Shown here one piece after another: positions 11,701-21,935 of a DNA stretch of 64,000 nucleotides. The notes beneath the pieces are model-generated. The model was not told the DNA's origin. It did no database searches and was given only the letters and a program-made list of their open reading frames with translations. The stretch lies in IMG/VR virus record IMGVR_UViG_3300020388_000009; one strand, given 5' to 3'. Each line of letters begins with the position of its first letter. The stretch's first letter is position 1. The translations under genes were made by a program, and so were the position numbers. The stretch comes from a virus. Its lineage: Duplodnaviria; Caudoviricetes.

Positions 11701-12461
11701 TCAAAAACTCGACCTCCATAATAAATTGCTTCAGTGTCTTCGTCTTGTACACCTGTTAAAGGCACTTTACCAGCCGCAGAATTGTTGAAAGATGATCTTG
11801 CGGTATTTGATTCAAACACTGTTTCTGCGTAATCAGAACCAAAACCTTGCTGATAAAGCCAATTTTTTAATCGATCACCATCACGTTGTATGATATGAGC
11901 TGGAAATGTTTTTATTGGATATCCTCCAGGTGAATTCGTGTAACTGGTTCCTAGTAAATCTGAATTAGCATCTTGACTTGTATCACCTACACCATCTCTA
12001 GTATTTGACCAGTCCATTGCTATGAAAAACTGTTTTGCTGAATTATTTTCCATAATTAATGGCACTATAACTTTTTCAACGTATCGAAACTCGTTTGAAT
12101 AATTGCCATCATCTTCTGGACGTTCACCAGGTGTAGTGGCGCCACCAGCATTTTTATATGTACTAACAAAACTTCCAGAATATAAAGCTTCTAATCGTTG
12201 AGCTTGCGTACCACTGTTGGAGCCTATAAATGTTCCATCAGCTAGCTCTGCGACCGGTGTCCATGTCCTTGTACGTAAAATTTTATCGTCTAATGTTTGA
12301 TCTTGAGATATGCCTGGTTTTTCTGAGATTAAATTGTTAGAAAATATAGGATGTCGTGATTCGAACGGTTCATCTGCTGCAGATCTATCACCCTTTGTAT
12401 GCTGAATATTTGATACATGTTTAAATGATGTATTACGTTTTTCTTCTTGTTGATACGCCAT
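8700..12461 (-). CDS. Large virion appendage protein with two discoidin/F5-8-like domains
   Basis: 1253 aa. Two segments with ..SND/SHD...Y(K/A)YY(R/K)..  ..L.LY(D/E) patterns, two NLSGTNTGDQ repeats, C-terminus IDGGTF. Confidence 0.6.
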   Translation of the reverse strand: MAYQQEEKRNTSFKHVSNIQHTKGDRSAADEPFESRHPIFSNNLISEKPGISQDQTLDDKILRTRTWTPVAELADGTFIGSNSGTQAQRLEALYSGSFVSTYKNAGGATTPGERPEDDGNYSNEFRYVEKVIVPLIMENNSAKQFFIAMDWSNTRDGVGDTSQDANSDLLGTSYTNSPGGYPIKTFPAHIIQRDGDRLKNWLYQQGFGSDYAETVFESNTARSSFNNSAAGKVPLTGVQDEDTEAIYYGGRVFDPAAGTIQIGLNDADEVHLYKEDGSALKLPLWLVGYRYVGPTGAAAASTDGSSASGAASSPGIITTLFSSSGSKSQRDNEYGYYEKTTLTPTDSNDVLEYVQLDDLLIVSSSIGERDYLIRLGSASLYDVSGSFTGPVRYYGANYVKSETKIDLTGMPVDIDGITGGSDTTETKIVLRSFATTSGISTYGPDQLHTGEVGSMFDANTSTAAVFDPDTDVISLDILFADPFPASPSGETSLARNLYKIAVNNGPTANAAMGVSVQISASNDATYSFHMYSSNTVTSDHAQNWLPITSFDMPQDQTTVHEFDSGNEYKYYRIKFKSDSDVGPPPNDRFQIKTLQLYDQVNTATKYADAGAVSTQVNGGDIFAYTPDGYADLSSFGYFDVPSYAQSTTHSFHFSEAKRLDTIGLYYSHITASAPTSDDPLPFIDGITLWASHDNVTFNAIASASNMATNTANGVITSSFYKLGGPYMPDNEGVLASIGQNRDTGDRGYYISYVTASIATASKYAYYKLEVSGALFADDRSDTAQYLHHLDLYENKYYGPTNRKQINIGLNQTGTGDTGPFGQDLSIFDKAVSASAARLGMFSGSVIASGFTTFQGADLTNDLNLGYNFAIQSALSMTASRMSASHMNTEFIESTQITSSIISSSTLLGSTINGIDVYASSSLQLPSLTPIYFTNYKQDGSRGVDEFSGRMFGYYTPAGVSEIYVDAYRIYNVADAKADIRVLHPTSGSISLTANSIIMSGSVIVGSDGANIPIGIISASNGSNGITGSATATFLTEFNEGDAIRIQSASFFRTYVIASIVDNNHLRLSDPWEGGTWSGSRAYKDPDLFTVKNSAGITEFKIGKSGNISASADITASSIFLSEGSQLNVGTGTNRSSVRSNQISAPTVIASSAQGLTTTAITASGDISSSGTIIASNLSGTNTGDQSLVHLAVTSSNVLFGNVTASNNVSASGTIIGSNLSGTNTGDQDLSSYIQNSQTASFVTTTTVIDGGTF

Positions 12462-12469
12462 TAGTTATC

Positions 12470-12670
12470 CTAACTATCTTTCAAATTATCTTCGTAATAT
12501 TTAATTGACATTTTTAATTTACTGGCTAATGTTTTCCATTGTCTATAAGTTATAATACGTGTCAAATAAAAATTATCTATTTCACCGCTCTTTTCACCAT
12601 CATTAATTAATATTTTTAACTCAACGTAGTTTTCTTTAAATTCTATGTCAATAATTTTGTCAACGTTCAT
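12470..12670 (-). CDS. Hypothetical protein
   Basis: 66 aa. AAGGA upstream and a late-motif variant at 12685-12691. Fills the gap between neighbours. Confidence 0.6.
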   Translation of the reverse strand: MNVDKIIDIEFKENYVELKILINDGEKSGEIDNFYLTRIITYRQWKTLASKLKMSIKYYEDNLKDS

Positions 12671-12714
12671 AACATCCTTTTATATAATTATGTTTCATGC
12701 ATGTATTTAAATGA

Positions 12715-15700
12715 TTATATATCACCGGTGCCATTTGATGAAACATGTATTCCCTTAATTGAATTTCCATAACTATCTTTAATTCGCACACGCATCAACA
12801 TTACACTTCCTGCATTTGCTGGAATGAATTGAGAAAAATTAATTTTTACTCTGAATGCACCACTTAGATCTTGGCTATGGTTACGCATTTGAGATAATAA
12901 ACCTACATTATCGTTATATAATACTGAACTTAAATTTGCTTGGAATATATTTTGAAATTTTGTTCCAGGATTTGTTGGTGAATTTGCAACACCGACTGTT
13001 GGTAATGGTCCTGGTAGTGCAACATCTATACGTACAGGTCTATCATCTAATCCCACTCCACTTTCAATATTACCGGCTGTAATACGGAAGTTATCTCTAT
13101 TGGTATCATCTGTGAATATAAATATATACATTATTGGCGTGGTTGCTTCAAATGCTCGGCAGTAAAATTTATCACCAGTTTCATTGGAATAATCAGGAGC
13201 ATTTGGATTCACGACCGCGTAATTTATAGTATGGCCTTGTCTATCAGTTGCAACAGATGTATAATCCAATGTCGGATATTCTAATCGGCCATCATAATAT
13301 TGTTGTAGCTCATTGGAACCAGATATTGAAATATGAGATTGGAAGTTTGGTCCAGCAGATGAATCGGTATATAACTCATCATCAATAATAGAAGCACTAA
13401 AATGCCCTCTTAACCAAAAATCAGCATATCCGGGTATACCAGCTGGGGTTGCGCCGGCTACGGCAGCTGTACCATAATTTGCATTTGCTCCTCCTCCTTT
13501 ATTAAAATTGAATGAAGCAGAATCGGCAAATGATGCACTTGTCCATCTAAAAGATTCATTGTAAAAGTCTTCTATCGCTATATCAGATGTTTTGCCGTTG
13601 ATCGCATTTGTACTTGAAATTGCATTTTCATCTAAAAATCGTCCAACTGGTAATTTGGCTTTATTAGGATCAACGGTCCAAGAATCATCAGAACTTAAGT
13701 CACGTTTATAGGTTCGAGCATATAATTGATACACCTGACCTTTATCTGCGTTAGTTACATCCGGAGCTTTGACTTTAAAGTCTTTGATACTAGCACTTGC
13801 ATATGAGGTTGGTACAATGTCTCTAGAAGAGTTTCCAAATTGCAAACCGTTCATATTAGCTGGTAAATTGAATAATGATTGTTCATGCACTGTAGCTGAT
13901 GCTCCACTACCAGTCTCTAATTTAAAATAAGTATTGCCATGATCATGTCCTATTTCAGATACATAATCTGATGAATTGTTTGATCGTCTATATGTGTTAT
14001 GTGGTATAGCATGTACTCGGTCATCCAAACTAATTTTAAAGTACTCATCTTCTTTAAAATAACTAACTCCAGAGAGACTGAAAGTTGGTTCTACTCCTGC
14101 TAGCGGTGCATAACTTAAAGTTGGTTCGCCATGCAAACTAATTGTCGGTTCACCTTTTATTCCGTCATCATAATACCAACTAAACGGTTTCCAACTTTGA
14201 ATTATTTCATCATTAATTGAATGAGAAAATTCCAAATTATTATATCCATCATTTAATTTGGCATCAATTTCTATACGAGCGCTCCAACCTTGATATCCAT
14301 TAGGATAATACTCTACACCATTTTGTATACTTTGTGACACATTGTTAAATGGTTGCACAGTTGTTACAATTAATCGACCTTTGCTGGCATGTGGTGCTGT
14401 GAATGATGCCGTACCATTACCTGCATATTCTGTTGATATATTTTGACTTCCAGATTTAGATAGTAATACAAATTGTCCACCTAAATCATAATTTACTACT
14501 TCCGAGCCGTTAATTTTAACAATTAATGATCCAGAATCACCAAAATCAAATAAACGATCATTGTTGCTATAATCACCAGTACTGGATGGTGTAAATGGAG
14601 TAAATGACATGCTGTAATTAACAGGACCGGTATGTGATTCTTTTGCCATTATCACATTGGTAACATGAGAACCAGGCGAATCATCAGGACCGTAAATACC
14701 TAAACCGGTTGGTAATGTTGCAGAATATAATCTATGATAGTTACCGTCTATACCAACAAAATTAATTCCTTGTCCACCATATGGGTTATTGGTACTATCA
14801 TGGCTGCTAGCATTTCCTGCTCCCCAATATCTTCCTTCCATGGATCGAGGTTTTGCCGGAACCACAGCAAATGTAAACTCGCTAACTGATGATGTTCCTT
14901 GACCATAATATGGATCAGATATTGTAGTAGACCCAGATATAAGAACTGTTAAGTGTTCTACTTTGGTCAATGTACTCATATAACTACTATCTATCGTTAA
15001 CGATGATGTATTATGGCTAGAGTCGGATGATTTGGCTGGTGCGAATGTTAATCCGGTGGGGCCATTAGTATTGTAATTGATATGTACATGGTCTGCAAAT
15101 CTAACATATGATTCAGATGTAATAAGTGGAGCACTTGCCGATATCCCAGATATAACATCGATTGAAATATCATTATCAGCGTTATATGTGACATATACCG
15201 GTAGATCTGAACTTGATGAATAATCTGTGTCTAAGCCAGACGTAGATGCCGCAACAGTAATCGATGCTGTCCGAGCTGGAGATACCGTTATAATTGATTC
15301 ACTAACTACTGCATATTGCACAGTCTTACTATCATTGAATCCATGAGTTACTTTAGATGCGGAAATTATAAACACTTCTGGATCTGTATTAAGACCTCCG
15401 GAATTAATAAACTGTATTGGTGTAAACGATGATGTATATGACATGCTTTGAGATCCATGCTGTTCATACAACGACTCTATAGAGCTTGATAAATGAGCAG
15501 ATCCAGTATGTAATAAAAATTCATGTGATCCAAATGTTCCTATACGTGGCGGAGCTTCAAAGAAAAATATGTTTTCTGCGCCGGCATATTCACCTTCACC
15601 TTCGGCATAATTTCGCCAATGACCGGCTGCAAATGTTATCATATACCATCGGTACAGAGTGCCATTTTCAAATTCAATGTTTTTGTCTTGATTTCCATCT

Positions 15701-18700
15701 GAATGAAAATGTAATGGTTCCCAATTTGCCACAGATCCGGTTGTGAATGCACCTTCATATGCAGAGCCAGAAATTGATATCGCTGTATTAGAATGATGTT
15801 GATTGGTTCGATGTTCTATTACTATTCTATTTAACGCTATTGGTTGTACACAGTCAATTGCAATCCATAAATTAGCACCGGTGTGATCAACGGCCATTGC
15901 ATTGCTATCATATTGCCCGGTATCAGTGTTATATATGTTAACAGTGTTATTCCATCGAGTTAACCAGTTATCAGTATATGAACCTAAGATATATTTTGGT
16001 GGATAACTAGAGTACCAATGCGATGCAGTGATATTAGTTTCTGCTGGAATAAATTCAGGTCCGGTGAAATCAGTCGGGTTTACTCCATCTTTATTACTAA
16101 AACCTGTCACTTCTATTTCTGTTTTAGCATGATGTGGTCCAAATGGTTCTTCTATATCTGCTAATACTCGCATACTTACAAGTTGATTACGTGAATCTGA
16201 ATTCTGATATGTTCGATTTACAACGTTATCTGTTTCAGTGGTTTGAAGTCCATGCAATACTCTAGTTTCGCGCGATGATGTACCGGCCGTTGATCCAGAA
16301 TGTTCCTTTTCCACTTCTACACGCAAATTAGTGATCTGAGTTGCATCAGGAGGTTGAATTGTAATATCTGCACTTGTTACAGACCCAGTTTCAATTCCAT
16401 CCGCGGAATCATTAATTATGTATACACCGGTTGTATTTGATCCTGTTTCAGCTGATGGTGTAAATGTATATGCACCAGCCGCAAATTGAGCTCCTCCATA
16501 CCATGACGAAGTAAAGGTTTGAGAAAATAAATTATCAGAATTCAATGCTCTCATTCCAGAATCACTTGCGGTGTCTTGACTGGCAGTATGGAATCCAAAT
16601 GCAAATGAATGACCTTGACCATCTGTCGCAGATACCTGAGTTTGGAAATGACCTAATCCTAGCGGTTCAATAACTTTACCTAATATACGGAAACGCATTG
16701 CAGCACTTCCAGACCATATATCACCTATTGCATCAGCTGTTTGTGCTGTTAAAGTATTATTATGCCCGTATAATATTTTCTGCGTCCGTGAACTGACTCC
16801 AATACTTGAACTGTATGGAAAGGCTTCTGTTTCTACTCGCAGTCCATCTATTTCTAATGGTTTACTTGCACTTACTACAAGATATAGATATTGAGTACCG
16901 GTACTGGATTCATATCCATTTTCGGATACATTATCATGTTTAATAAAATTAGTAGTATCAGATAAATATATTTGTATATAATCATTTGTTGAATTATTAT
17001 TATAACTTCCTGATAAAGTTTCTCCGATCCATGATGATGTATATCGACCAACTAATCGTGACTGTTCATCATATCCTACTTCAGATGATGCAGTTTGAGT
17101 TGATGATGTACTGAACGCAATAAATTCGCTATACTTAGTATTGCCGCCATAACCTTTATTATCTATATAATATCGCATTAACGAACTACTATGCATTGGT
17201 CCTACTGGTTCTATAATTTCAGTTAAAATACGGAATCGCGTCACTGCATGTGGATCATATATATCAGATAAATCACTACCAGTTGCGCGAGTTGTTTCTT
17301 CGCCATATAAAATTGATCTGGAAATTGCACTGGCATTTGACACAGATGTGTTTTGCGTACCGATACCACTCTCTCCCCGTGTTTCAGTTTCTATTCGCCA
17401 GTTTTCTATTATTGTAGGTGCAGTATCAATTATTTGCATTGTAGTTGTAGTAGGTGATGATATTGTATGATCATTTTCATTTGTTGGTGCATGTACAAAA
17501 CTAGCAGAAGCAATCCAATCTCGCGTACTTCCGGCGCCTACTGATAAACTACTTCCGGAAAACGATGTTGTGTATTGTGCTACAATTCTATTTGATGAAT
17601 CTTCAAATGAATTGACCGTTACTATTGATGAACCAGTTTCAAATGTAATTGTTTCAGTTATATTAGTTTGTCCGGAAGATTTAAGTATTTTGGTAACAGC
17701 CGTTGGATGTGTAACTGGACCTACTGGTTCAATTATTTCAGCTCGTATTCGGAATCTAGATACCGATTGTGATGCGTATAATGATGCAGAATCATGAGTT
17801 GCAAATGATGATGAATCAGCTAATGATCGTCTAGTTACTCCATATAACACGGTCCGCTGTTGTGTTCCGGTAACGCCGGCGTCCGTAACAGCGCTAGCAC
17901 TATGACCATAATTTTCAGATTCTACAAATATATTTTTAATAATTGTCGGTGGTGTATCATGTACAGTTAACTCACCATCCGTTTCAGTAATATCAAATCC
18001 ATTTTCGCCAGAAACTTGTTCTATGAAACTGCCAGTCAAAACATATACTGTATTACCACCTGCAGCTGCCGTAAATGATCTTCCTGTAAATGATTGTGTA
18101 TATCGAGTAACTAATCGGTCTTGGTCATCATAACCATGTGTAACTAGTCCACCTTCCGCTATTGATCCAGTATCTATCATGTAAAGTTTAGAACCACTAC
18201 CATATGATGCACTTACCTGTATTTTATGAACACCTGGTCCAATTGGTTCAGTTACCTTTGCTCGGAATCTTACACGTGATACTGATTGAGATGCGTATAT
18301 GGATGCGGATGGATGATTAGTCCATGACAAACTTTCAGATGTTGCATTTGTTATTCGAGGATCTCCGTATAACACTGTACGGGTTGCATTAGACATGGCC
18401 ATATCAGAATATCCATGCGTTTCTGTTTCCCAGAAAACATCTTCAATGGCAACTTTCGGAGTATCATGTACTACCATGGTAGTTGATTGTCCAGATTCGG
18501 TTACAAATCCACTAGCATCATTAGGTGTATGTAATATTGATCCGGAAGTATATGTCCATTCGGTAAAACTATTACTACTAGCTGATAATTGTTGTCCTAC
18601 CCATGATGATGTGTAATGAGCAACCAATCGGTTCTGTGCATCATATGCAATTGCAGATGAAGCAGTATGAACTGAGCCAGTACTAAAATATAATATATTA

Positions 18701-21450
18701 TTAATAGGGGCAAGACTAGAACCAATTATTGTTTCAAAAAATTGTAATTCAAATATACTAAAATATTGACTAGTAGAAGATGCATTACATGTGAATCGAT
18801 AATATTGGTATGTATTTAAATTTGTAAAATCGTTTATACCTCTTGTTACAGTGCTTGATCCGTTACCGGTAACTGTATCTAATGTAACGTATCCTGAATT
18901 AGGTGAATTAGAAGCTTCGAATGTCCAACCAGTCATTCGATATGAGCTAAAATATAATATATATTGTCCAATATTTACCGCAGAACCGAAATCATATGTA
19001 AATGAAGCTCCAGCAATTCCTGAACTGTCATAAAATATATGTGAGTCAGTATTAGCAGTACCTGACGTAGTACCATCAAATATATCACCAGGCCAAAACG
19101 TGTCACTTGCTGCAGTAGTTGTTAAATTGTTTTCTGATAATCCTGATATGGCAGCACCTATACTATTTGTACCAGGAGGTGTGCTCCATACCTTTTCAAA
19201 ACGTGATGCAGTATGATGCGGTCCGAATGGCTCTGTTATAGTTGCTAACACACGGAAACGTGACACGGAATGAGATGCGTATAATGATGCGGAATCGTGG
19301 CCTTCAAAGGAAGCGGAATTTATCAAAGTATGATGAGGTGTACCATATAATACTGTACGCATTGTATCTGCACTTCCTGTATCAGAATATCCGTACGTCT
19401 CTGATTCATATACTATGTTTGTTATTTCCGTTGCCGGAGTAGCGCTCACAGATACCGAAGCATATGTTCCTGGTATAATTGTACGTCCGGCGTTTGTAGC
19501 AGAATCAAATGAAGCACTAAATGTATACTCGCCAGGCAACAAATTAAAGTTGATCCATGATGATGTGTAATGAGCAACTAACCGGTTCTGTACATCATAT
19601 GCAATTTCAGATGATGCAGTATAAGTTGCACCAGAACTAGTATGAAATTGAAATTCATAAGAATGTGCATAGTCACTACCTGGTGTAGTTTCTAAAGTTG
19701 ACTTCATGTTGGTATGGTGTGGTCCAAATGGTTCTGTCACAGTTGCCAACAAACGTAATCGTACAACTGATTCACTTATATATTCTGCCGATTTTTCATA
19801 TCCTTCTAAACTTGAAGTTTCTGAAACTTGTAATGTTGAAGTGTATCCATATAATACGCTTGCCGATCTTTCAAATGATCCAGTACCAGTTAAAAATGAT
19901 CCAGATTCCACTTCCACTCGTACATTTGATATTTCAATATCAGGTACAGGGGTTACTGTCAATGTGGTCATTGGTCCTGCTGCGGCATCAGATATATGAT
20001 TATAAACTCCATGACGTATAATATCTGTAGTATCACCAGTTTTATTAATTAGAGTATATGTAGCTGGTTCATACTGAAAAGGCGAAAAACCTAAACTTTC
20101 TGTCACATCGGTAAAGGTAAAATTGTCGCCGTATGCAGATGCCGTGGCTCGAAATAATCCAGTTGCCATACTTCCGCTAAATCTGAAAGTTTTATTATCC
20201 AATACTGAAGTTCCGCCGAATTCGGCAAATTTTATATCTGTGAAATGTGTACCATCTGCAACATAATCTGGTGGTTCTGTTATATCAGCCATTACAGATA
20301 CACGTACCAGCGATGCAGTATAACGAGGATGTAGTCCAACAATATTATCACGTGTAATGACATCATCGTATAACACCGTAGTAGTAAAATTATTAATTCC
20401 AATACCAGAAAATGAACCAGATTCTATATGAGCTCGTATATTACTAATACTTGCAGTATTTGGTGGTATTACTAGTAAATTAACATCAACGGAAGATGAA
20501 TTTTCAAACTGATTATTATCCTGCATATAAACCGTAAACGTTTCTTGATACGACTGCACTGATGATGCGTGTATTGTAGTTCCATCCATAACACCGTAGT
20601 TTGATATACTGGCAGTAAACACTAATGCATTATCTGGCATAGCCGATGCATCGGGACCATAACCATCTGGTGCACCTGGTGAGATAGATCCAGTTGCTAT
20701 GAAAATTTGGCTATCAGCAATATCAGGTTGTGGATGTTTTAAAAATAAATTGTAACTTGCAGATACCGACGTGATAGGTGGATCTACCTGTACTCTGGAA
20801 GCTGAAAAAACTCGTATAAAATCGTTTTGATTAGAATCTTCAGATCCGGTAAAACTAAAAATTATATCTTTGGCATTTGTATCATGAGCTAAAGACATAG
20901 TTAAACTAGCACGATGTGCAATCGTCGGTGGTACATTGATAAACCCTTTAATAAATACAGTAGAATATACCAATTGAGTATTGTTTGCGCTACCGGTCTC
21001 AGTTGCATAAACTAAATATCGATGTACGCCAGGTGCTAAATCATTTTCAAATGCATTTTGACCGGTTAGATCATTAACATAATCCTGGCCAGTATAAGAT
21101 GAATTGCCGCCGGCTTGCTTGGTTACAAATGTATCTTGAATTTTAATAAATGAATAATAATTTGGATTGAAATCCGCGGAATGTGTAGTTTGTATTAATA
21201 CATCTCCTTGGTTCGCAACATCTTGTCCAGAACCAAGTATTATCACATGATCAATTGATTCAGCAGGTGATCCGGATATTCCAGAACCAGAACCAGCAAA
21301 AAATACTTCAGTACCTATTCCGGAGAGGCCAGAACCATCACCTACAAATGCATCTGCAGTTATAGTGGTTGCTGTAACTCCACTTTTAAATTGAGCTATA
21401 CTACCAGATTGTACCCAATTGCTACTAGTAAATTGATGTTTTCCTGCCAT
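12715..21450 (-). CDS. Giant modular virion protein (8 repeats plus inserted discoidin-like domains)
   Basis: 2911 aa. Eight ~170-aa modules marked by (V/I)L(Y/H)...R(F/V)R...(I/V).EP.G..H...YTSS(W/F). Confidence 0.7.
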   Translation of the reverse strand: MAGKHQFTSSNWVQSGSIAQFKSGVTATTITADAFVGDGSGLSGIGTEVFFAGSGSGISGSPAESIDHVIILGSGQDVANQGDVLIQTTHSADFNPNYYSFIKIQDTFVTKQAGGNSSYTGQDYVNDLTGQNAFENDLAPGVHRYLVYATETGSANNTQLVYSTVFIKGFINVPPTIAHRASLTMSLAHDTNAKDIIFSFTGSEDSNQNDFIRVFSASRVQVDPPITSVSASYNLFLKHPQPDIADSQIFIATGSISPGAPDGYGPDASAMPDNALVFTASISNYGVMDGTTIHASSVQSYQETFTVYMQDNNQFENSSSVDVNLLVIPPNTASISNIRAHIESGSFSGIGINNFTTTVLYDDVITRDNIVGLHPRYTASLVRVSVMADITEPPDYVADGTHFTDIKFAEFGGTSVLDNKTFRFSGSMATGLFRATASAYGDNFTFTDVTESLGFSPFQYEPATYTLINKTGDTTDIIRHGVYNHISDAAAGPMTTLTVTPVPDIEISNVRVEVESGSFLTGTGSFERSASVLYGYTSTLQVSETSSLEGYEKSAEYISESVVRLRLLATVTEPFGPHHTNMKSTLETTPGSDYAHSYEFQFHTSSGATYTASSEIAYDVQNRLVAHYTSSWINFNLLPGEYTFSASFDSATNAGRTIIPGTYASVSVSATPATEITNIVYESETYGYSDTGSADTMRTVLYGTPHHTLINSASFEGHDSASLYASHSVSRFRVLATITEPFGPHHTASRFEKVWSTPPGTNSIGAAISGLSENNLTTTAASDTFWPGDIFDGTTSGTANTDSHIFYDSSGIAGASFTYDFGSAVNIGQYILYFSSYRMTGWTFEASNSPNSGYVTLDTVTGNGSSTVTRGINDFTNLNTYQYYRFTCNASSTSQYFSIFELQFFETIIGSSLAPINNILYFSTGSVHTASSAIAYDAQNRLVAHYTSSWVGQQLSASSNSFTEWTYTSGSILHTPNDASGFVTESGQSTTMVVHDTPKVAIEDVFWETETHGYSDMAMSNATRTVLYGDPRITNATSESLSWTNHPSASIYASQSVSRVRFRAKVTEPIGPGVHKIQVSASYGSGSKLYMIDTGSIAEGGLVTHGYDDQDRLVTRYTQSFTGRSFTAAAGGNTVYVLTGSFIEQVSGENGFDITETDGELTVHDTPPTIIKNIFVESENYGHSASAVTDAGVTGTQQRTVLYGVTRRSLADSSSFATHDSASLYASQSVSRFRIRAEIIEPVGPVTHPTAVTKILKSSGQTNITETITFETGSSIVTVNSFEDSSNRIVAQYTTSFSGSSLSVGAGSTRDWIASASFVHAPTNENDHTISSPTTTTMQIIDTAPTIIENWRIETETRGESGIGTQNTSVSNASAISRSILYGEETTRATGSDLSDIYDPHAVTRFRILTEIIEPVGPMHSSSLMRYYIDNKGYGGNTKYSEFIAFSTSSTQTASSEVGYDEQSRLVGRYTSSWIGETLSGSYNNNSTNDYIQIYLSDTTNFIKHDNVSENGYESSTGTQYLYLVVSASKPLEIDGLRVETEAFPYSSSIGVSSRTQKILYGHNNTLTAQTADAIGDIWSGSAAMRFRILGKVIEPLGLGHFQTQVSATDGQGHSFAFGFHTASQDTASDSGMRALNSDNLFSQTFTSSWYGGAQFAAGAYTFTPSAETGSNTTGVYIINDSADGIETGSVTSADITIQPPDATQITNLRVEVEKEHSGSTAGTSSRETRVLHGLQTTETDNVVNRTYQNSDSRNQLVSMRVLADIEEPFGPHHAKTEIEVTGFSNKDGVNPTDFTGPEFIPAETNITASHWYSSYPPKYILGSYTDNWLTRWNNTVNIYNTDTGQYDSNAMAVDHTGANLWIAIDCVQPIALNRIVIEHRTNQHHSNTAISISGSAYEGAFTTGSVANWEPLHFHSDGNQDKNIEFENGTLYRWYMITFAAGHWRNYAEGEGEYAGAENIFFFEAPPRIGTFGSHEFLLHTGSAHLSSSIESLYEQHGSQSMSYTSSFTPIQFINSGGLNTDPEVFIISASKVTHGFNDSKTVQYAVVSESIITVSPARTASITVAASTSGLDTDYSSSSDLPVYVTYNADNDISIDVISGISASAPLITSESYVRFADHVHINYNTNGPTGLTFAPAKSSDSSHNTSSLTIDSSYMSTLTKVEHLTVLISGSTTISDPYYGQGTSSVSEFTFAVVPAKPRSMEGRYWGAGNASSHDSTNNPYGGQGINFVGIDGNYHRLYSATLPTGLGIYGPDDSPGSHVTNVIMAKESHTGPVNYSMSFTPFTPSSTGDYSNNDRLFDFGDSGSLIVKINGSEVVNYDLGGQFVLLSKSGSQNISTEYAGNGTASFTAPHASKGRLIVTTVQPFNNVSQSIQNGVEYYPNGYQGWSARIEIDAKLNDGYNNLEFSHSINDEIIQSWKPFSWYYDDGIKGEPTISLHGEPTLSYAPLAGVEPTFSLSGVSYFKEDEYFKISLDDRVHAIPHNTYRRSNNSSDYVSEIGHDHGNTYFKLETGSGASATVHEQSLFNLPANMNGLQFGNSSRDIVPTSYASASIKDFKVKAPDVTNADKGQVYQLYARTYKRDLSSDDSWTVDPNKAKLPVGRFLDENAISSTNAINGKTSDIAIEDFYNESFRWTSASFADSASFNFNKGGGANANYGTAAVAGATPAGIPGYADFWLRGHFSASIIDDELYTDSSAGPNFQSHISISGSNELQQYYDGRLEYPTLDYTSVATDRQGHTINYAVVNPNAPDYSNETGDKFYCRAFEATTPIMYIFIFTDDTNRDNFRITAGNIESGVGLDDRPVRIDVALPGPLPTVGVANSPTNPGTKFQNIFQANLSSVLYNDNVGLLSQMRNHSQDLSGAFRVKINFSQFIPANAGSVMLMRVRIKDSYGNSIKGIHVSSNGTGDI

Positions 21451-21935
21451 TACAATTCATCCGGATTAATTATAACTGTAGTTCCTGTAACTAAAGTTTG
21501 TTTTGATGCAGTACTCATTGCTAATAATAAATATCTGTATATACCAGTACCTAATGTATCTGTTAACGAATTTTGATTAACTAATCCTTTTTGTGTTCCA
21601 GAGTAATCAGAAGCTTCTTCCCATAACGCGGCATCGGATAAATCTTGTCGTAAAAATGTGAAATGATTAAATGTTGCACCGGATGCCGAAACTGATAATG
21701 TTATGGTATGGTTGCCGCCGGATCCAGTGATCCATTCTCCATATGTCGGTGGAGTAGCTAATGATTCAGATCCAATAAATAATTGTATTCCGGTTGTAGT
21801 AATACCAGTTAACGCAGATCCATCTCCTATTAATTTTGCGTTAACCGATCCGGTCACATCAATGCCAGATTTAAATTTTGCAATAGATCCGGATTGTACC
21901 CATTCACTACTTGTAAATTGATGATTGACAGGCAT
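21450..21935 (-). CDS. Short paralog of the N-terminus of the 2911-aa protein
   Basis: MPVNHQFTSSEWVQSGSIAKFKSG versus MAGKHQFTSSNWVQSGSIAQFKSG. Both also share a G.(H/Y)RYL segment. Confidence 0.75.
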   Translation of the reverse strand: MPVNHQFTSSEWVQSGSIAKFKSGIDVTGSVNAKLIGDGSALTGITTTGIQLFIGSESLATPPTYGEWITGSGGNHTITLSVSASGATFNHFTFLRQDLSDAALWEEASDYSGTQKGLVNQNSLTDTLGTGIYRYLLLAMSTASKQTLVTGTTVIINPDEL

